From Hormiphora californensis (Eukaryota > Animalia > Ctenophora), in NCBI GenBank assembly GCA_020137815.1, contig WFME01000015.1:1-43396 (forward strand): 43,396 nt of DNA, in the 5' to 3' direction. The position numbers and the translations under genes were made by a program. Below the pieces are notes generated by a model. The model saw nothing but the letters and a program-made list of their open reading frames with translations. It made no database searches and was not told where the DNA came from. Positions 19,536 to 32,864 of the stretch are shown here, in pieces (the first letter of the stretch is position 1; each line of letters starts with the position of its first letter).

Positions 19536-22500
19536 GGTAAGTCGGAAGAACCTGTCCGTTCCTCTCATGAGCGCTCATGAGTGTATCATGAGTGTGTCAT
19601 GAGTGTATCATTGAGTGTAATCACTAGCGCTCAGAGACGTTGTTTTTTTTAGGTGTTTCAACGTCTCCTGAGCGCTCATGAGTGTATCATGATGTATCAT
19701 GAGTGTCTCATGAAAGCGCTCATGAGTGGCTCATGAGACCTGCTCAGAGCGCTCATGAGACATAATGTCTCATCCCCTCTCTGTTCAATGTCTCATGACG
19801 CTCATGAGACATTTTGAACCTACATGTGCTCATTAGTGTATCAGGAGACATGTCCATGAGACATATTCTCCTGAGACGTTAGGGTTTGGTTGGGGTTTAG
19901 GTTGGGCTGGGTTGGGCTTTCCTTTGTCTAGTACCGTAGAGGTAGGGCTGGTCCCAGCCTATAATGGGTCAACCCTAACCCTATCCCTATGGTCCCTAAG
20001 AAACCCCCCTAAAGGATACCCTAACCCTAACCCAACTCTAACCCTAACGTCTCATGAGACATATGTCTCATGGACATGTCTCATGATACACTATGAGTCA
20101 CATGTCGGTCAACACGTCTCATGAGCCTCATGAGACGTTTGAAACACCTAAACGTCCTCATGAGCTGTCCATGTTACACTCATGATACACTCATGACACA
20201 CTCATGAATACACTCATGAGCGCTCATGAGAGAACGGACAGGTTTCTTCCGACTTACCAGATAAAGTAACATACAAACCCCAAACTCCTATGTCCCTCAC
20301 TCGGGTTTTTGGGGGGGGTAAAGGGGTGACCTTTAGCGCTTGAAAATTTGGAGGTTCGAGAACTTAAAGGTCCCCAAACTACTATGTCCCCTTGCTGCCC
20401 GCGACCGGATTTTAGACGGCCATAGCTCCACCCCCTGATAAGATGAGACTTGAATTTTTTGTATGGAGATCAATCGAGTTGCTTTGTACAAAACAAATTT
20501 CAAGTCTCATCTCATCAATGGAGTGAGTAGGATCGTGGGAAATTGCCAAAACCCTAGTGAGGGACATAGTATTTTGGGTGTACTTAGCAAGATCTTCGTA
20601 CCTCCAATTTCAAGTCTCTAATCTCTTCGGAACCGATTTGGTTAAGTCGGAAGAACCTTCCGTTCCTCTCATGAGCGCTCATGAGTGTATCATGGATTGT
20701 TGTCATGAGTGTATCATGATTGTTCATGAGCGCTCATGAGACGTTTTTTAGTTTTCACAACGTCTCATGAGCGCTCAGAGTGTATCCATGAGTGTAATCA
20801 TGATTTCTCATTGCCGCTCATGAGTGCTCATGACCTTGCTCATGGAAACACGCTCCTGAGACCTTGTCTCATTCCCATCTCTGTTTCAATGTCTCATGAG
20901 CGCTCATGAGACATTTTACCTACATTGTGCTCATGAGTGTATCATGAGACATGTCCATGAGACATATGTCTCATGAGACTTTAGGGTTTGGGGGGGGTTT
21001 TTTTTTTTTTGGTTTATGGTTGTGGCTAGGGTTCGGGCTTGCCTTTATGTCTAGGACCCGTATAGGGTAGGGCAGGTCCAAGCCTATAATGGGTCACCCT
21101 AACCCTATCCCTCTGGGTTCACTAGACCTAAGGATAACCCTAAACCCTAACCACTCTAACCTAACGTCTCATGAGACATATGTCTCATGATACTGTCTCA
21201 TGATACCTCATGAGCACATGTAGGTCAAAACGTCTCATGAGCGCTCCATGAGACTTGACACACCTAAAACGAAAAACGGCTCATGAGCGGTCATGATACA
21301 CTCATGATACACTCATGACACACTCATGATACACTCATGAGCGCTCATGAGAGGAACGGACAGTTCTTCCGACTTACCAGATAAAGTACACCCCAAACTA
21401 CTATGTCCTCCCTCGGGTTTTTGTCCATGGGGACCTTTAGAGACTTGAAATTTGGAGGTTCGGCAGAACTTAAAGGTCCCCCCCAACTACTATGTCCCTG
21501 CTGCACGCGACCGGATTTAGACGGCCATCCTCCACCCCCTGATAAAATGAACTTGAATTTTGTTTGTAGGGAGATCATATCGAGTTCTTTGTACCAAACA
21601 AATTTCTAGTCTCTATCGCTCAGAGTTGAGTATGATCGTGGGAATTTCACAAAACCGATGAGGGACCATAGTAGTTTGGGGTGAACTTTAGCAAATCTTC
21701 GTACCCTCCAATTTCAAGTCTCTACTTCTCTTCAGGAACCGGATTTGGTAAGTCGAAGACCTGTCCGTTCCTCTCATAGCGCTTCATATTGTATCATGAG
21801 CTGTCATGAGCGCCATGATACACTCATGACACCTCATGATACACTCATGAGCGCTCATGAGACGTTGAAACACCTAAAACGTCTCATGAGCGCTCATGAA
21901 CACTCATGATACACTCATGACACACTCATGATACACTCATGAGCGCTCATGAGAGGAACGGACAGGTTCCTTCCGACTTACCAAATCCGTTTCCTGAAGA
22001 GATAGAGACTTGAAATTTGGAGTTACGAAGATCTTGCTAAAGTCACACCCAAACTACTATGTCCCTCACTCGGTTTTTGTGAAATTTCCACGCCATAACT
22101 CAACTCCCTGATGAGATAGAGACTTGAAATTTGTTTTGTACAAAGAACTCGATATGATCTCCCTACAAAACAATTTCAAGTCTCTATCTTATCAGGGGGT
22201 GGAGCTATGGCCGTCTAAAATCCGGTCGCGTGCAGCAGGGACATAGTAGTTTTGGGGGACCTTTAAGTTCTTCCGAACCTCCAAATTTCAAGTCTCTAAA
22301 GGTCCCCCTTTACAAACCCGAGTGAGGGACATAGTAGTTTGGGTGTACTTTTACTGGTAAGTCGGAAGAACCTGTCCGTTCCTCTCATGAGCGCTCATGA
22401 GTGTATCATGAGTGTGTCATGAGTGTATCATGATGGTATCATGACCGCTCAGGACGTTTTTAGTGTTTCAACGTCTCATGAGCGCTCATGAGAGACGTTT

Positions 22501-24160
22501 TGACCTACATGTGCTCATGAGTGTATCATGAGACATGTCTCATGAGACATATGTCTCATGAGACGTTAGGGTTAGAGTTGGGTTAGGGTTAGGGTTATCC
22601 TTTAGGTCTAGGGCCCATAGGATAGGGTTAGGGTTGACCCATTATAGGCTTGGACCTAGCCCTACCCTCTACGGGTCCCTAGACCTAAAGGAAGCCCTAA
22701 CCCTAGCCCACCCTAAACCCAACCATAACCCTAACGTCTCATGAGACATATGTCTCATGAGACATGTCTCATGATACACTCATGAGCACATGTAGGTCAA
22801 AATGTCTCATGAGCGCTCATGAGACATTGAAACAGAGATGGGATGAGACATATGTCTCATGAGCGCTCATGAGCAAGGTCTCATGAGCACTCATGAGCGC
22901 TCATGAGACACTCATGATACACTCATGATACACTCATGAGCGCTCATGAGACGTTGAAACACCTAAAAACGTCTCATGAGCGCTCATGATACACTCATGA
23001 TACACTCATGACACACTCATGATACACTCATGAGCGCTCATGAGAGGAACGGACAGGTTTTTCCGACTTACCAAATCCGGTTCCTGAAGAGATAGAGACT
23101 GAAATTTGGAGGTTACGAAGATCTTGCTAAAGTACACCCCCAACTACTATGTCCCTCACTCGGGTTTTGTGAAATTTCCCACGATCATAACTCAACTCCC
23201 TGATGAGATAAAGACTTGAAATTTGTTTTGTACAGAACTCGTATGATCTCCTACAAACAAATTTCAAGTCTCTATCTATCAGGGGGTGGAGCTATGCCGT
23301 CTAAAATCCGGTCGCGTGCAGCAAGGGACATAGTAGTTTGGGGGACCTTTAAGTTCTTCCGAACCTCCAAATTTCAAGTCTCTAAAGGTCCCCCTTTACA
23401 AAACCCGAGTGAGGGACTAGTAGTTTGGGTGTACTTTATCTGGTAAGTCGGAAGAACCTGTCCGTTCCTCTCATGAGCGCTCATGAGTGTATCATGAGTG
23501 TGTCATGAGTGTATCATGAGTGTATCATGACCGCTCATGAGACGTTTTTTTTAGGTGTTTCACACGTCTCATGAGCGCTCATAGACGTTTTGACCTACAT
23601 GTGCTCATGAGTGTATCATGAGACATGTCTCATGAGACATATGTCTCATGACGTTAGGTTAGAGTTGGGTTAGGGTTAGGGTTATCCTTTAGGTCTAGGG
23701 ACCCATAGGGATAGGGTTAGGGTTGACCCATTATAGGCTTGGACCTAGCCCTACCCTCTACGGGTCCCTAGACCTAAAGGAAAGCCCTAACCCTACCCCA
23801 ACCCTAAACCCAACAATAACCCTAACGTCTCAGTGAGACATATGTCTCATGGACATGTCTCATGATACACTCATGAGCACATGTAGGTCAAATGTCTCAT
23901 GAGCGCTCATGAGACATTGAAACAGAGATGGGATGAGACATATGTCTCATGAGCGCTCATGACAAGGTCCATGAGCACTCATGAGCGCTCATGAGACACT
24001 CATGATACACCTCATGATACACCATGAGCGCTCATGAGCCGTTGAAACACCTAAAAACGTCTCATGAGCGCTCATGATACACTCATGATACACTCATGAC
24101 ACACTCATGATACACTCATGAGCGCTCATGAGAGGAACGGACAGGTTCTTCCGACTTACC
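19536..24160. repeat. Satellite of 1089-bp units (~719-bp TIR element + ~370-bp spacer), folded at ~21.8 kb
   Basis: Element ends (cgacttacc) recur at 21982, 23071 and 24160. Dense TCATGA palindromes and TTAGGG/CCCTAA-like tracts. The left half (19536-21800) is a noisy reverse complement of the right half. Confidence 0.9.
23442..24160. mobile_element. Foldback-type TIR element with 8-bp TSD (Merlin-like termini)
   Basis: ctttatct|ggtaagtcggaagaacctgtccgttcctctcatgag ... ctcatgagaggaacggacaggttcttccgacttacc|ctttatct. Confidence 0.75.
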
Positions 24161-24189
24161 CTTTATCTTATCAGGAACAATAATAACAA

Positions 24190-26059
24190 TAACAATAACA
24201 TTTAACATTTATAAATCGCTTTTGAGCGAAAAGTGTTTATCTCGATCGACTTAAATACTAAAGCGTCTTTCGATCAAAACTCGCTTTCTAAAGCGCATCT
24301 TCGTATCAATGTCCTTCCGAAAGTCTCGTTGTCATATAATTAAATACATATTAATAAGTATAAATAAAAACAGCATAAACTGCCAAATATAATTAATAAA
24401 TAGTTATAATGTTAATCAAAACCATAAACCGAACACTGAATATCCACAAATGCAATCTTACAAAAGTCTACAAAATATAGCGCAACAAGGCCATAGATCT
24501 CAACTGTAAAAATTACTACACCAGTCTCAATAAGGAACTTGAAAGGTCAAAAGGTGTGCCCGTCATGGAAAAGATGAGGTCTAATCAGGTAATGTTGAGC
24601 TTGGTCTTGAAAATGGTGTATTTGTGTCTTGCAGAGTATGATAGTGAACGATAAGACTTCAAATCCCTTTGGCAACATTGTGATGTGATATCCTGTGAAA
24701 GAGAGTTGATAGATTTGTACATGAAACGAAAATGGAAAAAGCAACTACAACTTCAAACTTTTCAACACTACTTTAAACAAATTAATTTGAGGAGCGGCAA
24801 CCCCCTCCTCAACCCTTAGACGCAGCCAAATGACCAATGACCAGACCGTCAAAGATGTACTGGCGGAGCTGAAAAATGCTGTCGGAGCGAAGGGGAGGTA
24901 GTGATTGAGGCCTACGACTACCATGCCGATCATACCGTTAATGTGGACTCCATTGCAAGTAAGAAGGTGGAGGAACTGGGTCCGGTCTGTAAGGCTCTAA
25001 ACGTGTTCTTGTCGGGCGGGATGGGAAAAGCCGAGAAATGACGGAGTTGCGGATAAGATCGCTACGTATTGGGGGTTGTTTCCTATCGGCTGTCAAATTG
25101 TGGTGAAATTACAGGGTTAAACTTGGTACCACACCCCCTTTATCTTGTTTTCTTTGCGGACAAGGGCCCACTCATGCAAGCAGTCAATTAAGGGGAACCG
25201 TAAAGGCTCAGTGTGGGTTTGCTCGTATTGCTGGGAGAAAAATGAGCCTAAGACCGACATCACTGTTGTTGAAACGCCAGAGATAAAGCCCGATGATGAG
25301 AAAAAGGACGAACCAGAGGATGATGGAAAAACTCTGGAAGGACCCCAAGAACGTGTAAGCACTTTCTCAACCGGAAGTGCCGCTATGGACGAAATGGAAC
25401 CAAGGAAGTAGAGGGGAGGTCATGTCCGAAACTCCACCCGAAACTCTGCAAGAGGTTTTGTAACTATAATGGGGCATCGAAACGCTTGGGATGCGTGAAA
25501 GGTGGTTCGTGTAAGTTCTACCCACCCTCCCCTATGCAAGGGATCTGAGGTGAGACGGGAGTGCTATGATAAAATGTGCACACTGAATCACCTTCTACAT
25601 ACAAACGGATCGTATAGAAGGGCGAGGAGAAGATCGACCGGTCCAGGACAGGACCAAGCACACTCCCAGGCAGCTGGAGACCGGGCGGAAGATTTTAACT
25701 CAAAACGCCCAAAGCAAGCTCCAGGAAACAGGAACAAGAACCCGGCTGAAAAGTTCTCTCAGCCAGACGAGAGGGTGACCCATGATTTTTTGGAGATGAA
25801 ACTGGAAGTTCTGAAAGCCGAGATACCAGTCGGTGAGACCCAGTTTTTGGACTTAAAGTCGTTTCTGCAGCGGCAGTACGGAGCAGGGGAGAAACCCACA
25901 ATCCTTGGGGACTAGCAGGAACCCAGCCCCGTATCAAACTTTCGCCTATTAAATGCTAGGAGTTTCTGTCCATCAGCTGAGAGTACCTGGAAGTTAGAGG
26001 TAGTGCGTGATATGGTGGACGAGGACGCACACCAGTGGCATTTTTAGGGATTACCGAGA
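24190..26059 (+). mobile_element. Mirror copy of the LINE family 2 fragment
   Basis: Reverse complement of 17603-19490 with indels (ORFs 25145..25411 and 25502..25915). Confidence 0.8.
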
Positions 26060-26287
26060 AGGGGGAGGTTCTTGCGAGAAATCAGGATGGGAATTGAGTA
26101 TCTGAAGGTGGAACTTTTTAGCACCTCAACCTTCTTCCAAGCTCTGCAGTAAAGTCGAGAAATTCATTGAGGACTTTCTCTATCGCTTGGTAATCCCAGA
26201 AGTCTGGACTCTTCACCAGCAGAGCACGTAGATCCTCACAATCGTCTTCGATGCATCGACTTGGCGCTTGGCAGGGGGCTCTGTCAT
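26060..26287 (-). pseudogene. Mirror copy of the truncated B-type paralogue
   Basis: Reverse complement of 17373-17602. Confidence 0.8.
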
Positions 26288-26783
26288 GAATTTACGTCCT
26301 AAGGGGAGAGAGAGAGTGAAGTTGTAAAACGAGTTTCAGGATTAATAAAGGTGTTCGGGATAGCGATAAAGGACTATAATAATGGGCTGGAGGATACTGA
26401 CTTCGGAATTAGTTCTAGTGAGTTCTGGGTTTGATGTATTTATTTAGTAACAAGCATATATAATCAACTCGTGTAATTATTTACACGAGTTGATAGGCTT
26501 GTTACTTTTCATCTGGGGTCATATCGGCCATCGGGACGGGTTGGGCTGTGTTTTGGGGTTTGCAGGGTTGTAGGCGACTGGCGAGGGTCAGGAGGCTTGC
26601 TGGCTAGTGCTTCTAAGCAGTTAGTTGATTAAAAACTCAATTTACTGCTGTAAAATTAATTAATAAAATGTCCATACACGACATACGGCTAAATTAAAAT
26701 ATATTTATAAATAAAATTAGTTTTAAAAACAAGATTGTCTCTATTGTGGTATCAGTGATATATTATTAATACCAGTAGCCCCT

Positions 26784-29170
26784 CTACTCTTCAAGTCATT
26801 ATCTTCACTTTCATCACTTTCCCCAAAATAGCAATTAGGCTGATCAAAGTATTTACCCTTGAAATGTCTGTCAGTGGGAGTTGGGCGAATATTAGGAAAA
26901 AGCTCACGTTCACCCAAATCAGAACACTGCTGACTGCAAAATAACTAATAAGTTAACAAGTTAGTTCTCCTTGTCATTTAAAGCGTTGACCAGATCAGTT
27001 ATTGCGGAGATGAGGTCCTGAGGCGTTAGTTTTATGGTTTCACAAGAAGAAACCTATCAGAGATCAACATTAGCCACGCAGGGTGTTTGCTCCTAATCGC
27101 AAACTCAACCATCCATTCATCGGACATCGTAGAACTTTTCTTCTCACACATCACCGTTACAAGGTATTTGAACACTCCGTCTACCTGGTACATTGTAGCC
27201 CACGGCAACATCCACTCCCAGACCTCTTTCAGTGTTGCATGTTCGTTAGCACCCTTTCCACCCTCACCAAGAACCAGCTGAGGGGCCTCCAAGATACGCT
27301 GAGGGGCTGAGGGAACGGTTATAGTTCGGGTTCGACCTTCCTCAAAACTTGAAGCAAGCATGCTTTTCAGAATGGGAGATGAACAGATCTGTTCGGTAAC
27401 CTCCACCCCCTGGTGCCCCTTCCTCTCCAAGGATTCTCACCATCCCATTCCCTTGTTCATTCTTAACCTCTCGCGGTTCATTCTTAACCTCTCTCGGTTC
27501 CTCAAATTTAGTCTGTACGCCCTGGAGGTAACGGACGAGACAGAGGAACAATCGAAGAAGTAATTCCGGAGGATCAGACTCTCTGAGCTCTAACTGCTTA
27601 CAGACGGAAGGAAGCATTGCCTCAGTATTCCATCCCGCAACTATTAACATATCCGAGAGTTCCGCCAGATATTCTTCTGGAGAATTTTTACGGAGCTTAG
27701 TCATGCTCCGAAGTACGTTTACATTGTCAACATCCATTGCAACGAAAAAGTTCAAAAGACTCATGTGGTCAGTTCGGGATTTCCGTAGTTTGTGGATATT
27801 GCAAAGACTAATACCGCTAATCAGGGGATGTGTGTTGATGTACCAATGGTAAGATTGGCCAGAGTTATATAAATCTCCAAACGACATGGTGAACCAGGTA
27901 CCGTATTTGACAAACAGGTCCATGACAAGAGTGATGTGATCTTTATTTAGAGAATCACGGAACACTGTGTCCTCAGCCAAGCCTATTACATCGTTTGTTA
28001 CTGTCGCTGCAACTTCCTTCACTTTTTCAGAGGAATTATATACAGAACCGGTACAATCCAAGTCGCGAAGGACTTCTAGAATGTGATGATGACTTCTTGA
28101 AGTTGTTTCTTTTGGGATTCATCAGACACCTTAGTTTCCCCTCTCCAGAGATTATAGAGGGCATCACGTGAGTTTTCGCCCAGGTTGTCCGACAATCACG
28201 GGGTGTAGATATCAAAGCAGACAGTGCGAGGTAAATCTCTTCAGCGATGGGCAGTCCCTTCCGGTTTATTTTTCGAAGTGCCTCAATAACATACACACAT
28301 CTATCATCAACCCATTTAGATTTGAGAACGGTGATGAAGGCTTTGTTTCTACTTTCTTCAGCGGTTTTGTATAACACCATTTTGGCATCACCTGCATCGG
28401 CATCTACGAACAGTTTAGCTAGATTATTTGGACACAAAACACATATCTCCTCCACCAAATCACCGAAAGTTTTCTTTAACTTTTCAACGAGACCACTCGT
28501 CAAGGACATATTTTTATGCATGCTTAAAGAACTATGAACTGTTTTAGTAATTTTTAAGACTATGCTACCTTCCAAACAGTGGTGTCTAGCGTTAAACTCG
28601 GCAACAGAGTTAACCAGGGTCAAAAATGCTTCAAATGTATCCTCCCCTACAAGCGAAAAACCTCTCATCATCTTAGCCACCTCCGTAAAGATCAGTTTAT
28701 CATTTTTAGTCAGAGTGTTCTTAGCCAACGCTCGTGAGTCCAGATAATTTAACACTTTCTGAACGGCAAATAGTGGAACCTTGACTTGATGACTATATGA
28801 CGTTTTGTTCAGAAACTTTAGGGATTGGAGGTAGCACTGTGGTATGTGTATGAAATTGTCGACGACGTAAGATCGATAATAGTCGTTCCACTCAGTGTGT
28901 GCCAGCACATTCAAAATTTTAAGAAGGCTGTTAATAACAGGCGGGGGAAGGTTCTCGCGAGAAATCAGGATGGGAATTGATTATCTAAGGTGGAACTTTT
29001 GAGCACCTCAACCTTCTTCCAAGCTCTGCAGTAAAGTCGAGAAATTTCATTGAGGCTTTCTCTATCGCTTGGTAATCCCAGAAGTCTGGACTCTTCACCA
29101 GCAGAGCACGTAGATCCTCACAATCGTCTTCGATGCATCGAGCTTGACGCTTGGCGGGTGGCTCTGTCAT
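26784..29170 (-). CDS. Gene E: divergent allele or paralogue at the gene B position; frameshifts are probably sequencing errors
   Basis: ORF pieces 28985..29170, 28036..28914, 27342..28061 and 27032..27430 tile gene B. Same ends and flanks as B, but many in-frame substitutions internally. Confidence 0.75.
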
Positions 29171-29564
29171 GAATTGACGTCCTAAGGGGAGAGAGGAGAG
29201 GAGTGAAGCAGAAAGAGTTTAGGGATTTTAAGGAGTTTAGAGATCTAAGGGAATGCAGCCGGACCTCGTTTACAAGGATTTTACCAGGATGTTGTTCTCA
29301 TCTGAGGACAAATAAGTTAAAAACCCTGGTATACCAGGAATGCGGGCTGATTAGTTACGTTTTCCATGGACTTCGTGATAGGTGGTTCGAATTAGGTTCG
29401 AGTTGGGAATTTTTTCCATGTACAGGTATGTGATCAATTGACTAACAACACAGTTTGCTGTAAGATAATAATAATAAATGTCGACAAGACGGCCTTTGAA
29501 GTTTGAAAAAGTTAACTTAATAAAATGCCTAATAATTATCTTCATCAGAGTAACTATCTTTACT

Positions 29565-31882
29565 TTAATCACTCTCCCCATAATCATAATTGTTACCATC
29601 AAAATATTAACTTTCATAATATTTGTGAAAATATTTGGAACAAGAGGGTCCTCTGTTGCTGTCGGCAATAATAACTGATAATTGTGACCAGATAGTTGTC
29701 AGTGTCCTTTAATGCGTTGATCAGTTCAGTTATTGCGAAATTAGGTCCCGAGGTGGCAGATTTAGGGTTTCAACAAGGACAAATCTGTCAATACCAACAT
29801 CAACCACGCTGGATGCTTACTCCGAATCGCAAACTCAACCAACCAATCATCGGCAGCTTAGACTCTTTAGACTGATTGTCCCTACTCATCGCCTCCACAA
29901 GGTATTTGAACACTCCGTCAACCTGGTACATGGTTGCCCACGGCAACATCCACTCCAGACCTCTTTCAGTTTTGCATTTTCTTCAACCCCCTTCCCATCC
30001 TCACCCAGAATCAGCTTGAGGGCCTCCAAGATGCGCTGAGGGGCGAGGGAACGGTCATGGTTCGGGTTCGACCTTCCTCAAAACTTGAAGCAAGCATGCT
30101 TTCTCAGATGGGAGATACAGATCTTGTTCGGTAACCTCCACCCCTGGTGCCCCTTCCTCTCCAAGGATTCTCACCATCCCTTCCCTTGTAATCTCTTAGA
30201 AGGATGTAAGAAGCTAATCTGTTTCCAACTTGGAAACCCAAACTCGCTATACAACTCTGGAAATACCGTACAAGACGAGGAAGTCGGAGAAGTATTTTCT
30301 GGAGGATAAGTCTCATGCAGATCAATGATTTCACAGACAGAATGAACCAATGAATTTCCCAGAGATGATTACGATCACGAATTGCTTTTTGCAGAAATAA
30401 TTCGGAGAGTTTAACCAGATATCGTTCGGGGATGTTTCACGAAGATTGGGCAACATTGAGAGAAAGTCCTCCGTACGAAAAGCGCCAAAATCCCAATACC
30501 TATTGACATCAAGCTTCCGTCGTAACTTGTATATCTCATGAATACCAATACTTTTCAATAACGAGTGCGTTGAAATCTGCCAAAGTAAACATGTTTTGGA
30601 GCTAAGACCCGAATATTTTTGGTGACCAGGTTCCATACTTCGCAAACAAGTCCATAACAAGAGTGATATGATCTTCAATCGGAACAACACGGAATACTGT
30701 GTCCTCAGCCAAGCCAATGACATTTTGCGTAACTTTGGCTACCACTTCCTTGACTGATTGATCAGTGTCACAAGCCAAGTCGCGAAGAGCTCTTAGAAAT
30801 TTGATGATCACTTCACTTAGTAGTTTCTTCTGGGATTCCTTAGACACCCTTAGTTTCCCTCTCTCAAGGAAGATGTAGAGGGCATCACGTGAAGCTATCA
30901 CCCAGTTCTCCATAGGTTCACGGGGTTCCGATATAAAAGAAGACAGAGCCTGGTAAATCTCTTCGGCTATGGGCAGTCCCTTCCGGTTGATGTTCCGAAC
31001 CGCTTCAATAACCTTGTCAGATATCTTATCAGCACTTCTCTCATTAAGAACGCTGGCGAAGGCTTTGTTTCTTCTCGCTTCCGCAGTTTTGTACAAGGTC
31101 ATTTTGGCATCCCCGCCAAGGTATACTAGTATGTAGAGTTCGGCTAGCTTATCTGGAGATAAGATACATATTTCCTCAACCAAAACACCAAGATTTTCCT
31201 TCAATTTCCCCACATGAATACCTCTTATGTTAATACAGCTGAGCACCTCTGTGGTAATCTGAAACACGATGTTACGATCCAAGCAATGTAGTTTAGAGTT
31301 TAACTCGGAGACAGAAATTAGCAGGGCCACAAATTCGTCCCTTCCGTTAAAACCTCCATCGTAGTTTGCAATAAATTTCGCCAACTCAATAAAGATCAGT
31401 CTATCGTTTTTAGGCAGAGTTTTCTTAGACATCTTTAATTCAAGATAGTGCAAAACTTTTTGAACGGGTGAGAGCTGAACAGAAAATCCACTAGTACCGT
31501 TAACGGCGTTAAGAAACCTCAAGGATTGAAGGTAACAGGCTGGAAGTGGCAAAATGTTGTGAACAACGAACGATTGATAGCATTCACTCCAAAATATTTT
31601 ATCATAAGGCTTCATCTCAACCAAAATCTTAAGAAGGTTGTTAATAACAGGGGGAGGAAGGTTCTTGCAGCGCATCATGATGGGAAATGAGTAAGGGAAA
31701 GAGGATTCTTTTAGATCCTTAATCATCTCCAAAGATTTGCAGTATAGTCGAAAAATGTCGTGAAGAACTTTTTGAATTGATTTGTAGTCCCAGAGGTTTG
31801 GACTCTTGGCCAGTTGGCTACGAAGATCTTCGCAATAGCTTTCGATGTCTCGAGCACGGCGTTTGGCAGGTGGTTCAGTCAT
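29565..31882 (-). CDS. Gene D: paralogue with a unique N-terminal half and a C-terminal half equal to gene A
   Basis: Clean ORF 30602..31882 (MTEPPAKRRARDIESYCEDLRSQL...); downstream pieces (KYSGLSSKTCLLWQISTH...) match gene A with indel errors. Confidence 0.8.
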
Positions 31883-32394
31883 GAACGACGTCCTACAAGG
31901 GGGAGAGAAAGTGACTTTAGAATGTGTCGACTGTCGATTCTAGGGCGTAGATCTACATCTACGTTCGAGGGGATAGAAGGTGGGGTGTTATACCCTCATG
32001 GGTAGTGGGTTGGAAAATGAAAGGATGCAGATGTCATGGGGGTTTTGAGGTCCTGCAATCTACTTACTAGATTATCACGACTAGTGAAATAGAAAACCCA
32101 GTACAGGTTTGATTGATTAAAAACACGCCTTATTGTAACAAAAACTGAAACAAGATTATTTGCACTATGTAATCATAGTGCTGTATTTCCCTACTCATGT
32201 TCATGTTCCCAGTCAGACTGATCACACTGACAGGTAATCTGACCGCTTCAATTGGACATTGAAACGTGAGATGGGCTAATTTAGCCGCTGTTTGTGCTCT
32301 AGGTATACTAAGTAGTTACTACATAATATATAGTAGTTACTACATATCTATGATATTGTGATCTAATATCATATATGCGGACAAACGGTGGCAC

Positions 32395-32571
32395 ACCCTA
32401 GTAAAAATTGCGAGACCTTAACGGCGTTTTATGAGAACGTTGAGCCCGTCCTCGAGCGTGCGGCTCGTGGACGGGCTCGTTAAGGGCTGCACTGCATCAC
32501 GTAATGAACTCATCCTGTAGGATAAACGAGATCGTTGCACGGCTCAACGTTCTCGCAATTTTTAGTAGGGT
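32395..32571. mobile_element. Small MITE-like element in the C-D intergenic region
   Basis: accctagtaaaaattgcgaga ... tctcgcaatttttagtagggt (21-bp inverted repeat, one mismatch). Confidence 0.6.
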
Positions 32572-32864
32572 AGTTATAGGATGCGGAATAATGAACAATT
32601 AGCTGCAACAAACACCACTCGAGGTAATGCTCGAGTTACTATTTCAAATCTGAGGTATTTAAACACGTGCTAAAATCTGGGTGGGTGCTTCGCATCCACA
32701 CGGGCAGGGGGATATAAAAAGTGAGTATACATAATTGATAAAAATATCCCATGCTAGTAAAAAATAATCAGTATCAGAGCTCCTTACGTGTCTAAATTCC
32801 ACCAGACTCGCAATTTATAAGTACTACCAATAATCATCAGAAGGACTTTGGAACCCTCGCACTG

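Noticed and set aside
19878-23826. TTAGGG/CCCTAA tracts as a real telomere or telomere fusion at the palindrome centre
   Set aside because: The tracts are short and degenerate, occur in both orientations inside each TIR element, and are absent from the fold point.
19536-24160. CRISPR-like array
   Set aside because: There are no unique spacers; units repeat entirely and the context is eukaryotic.
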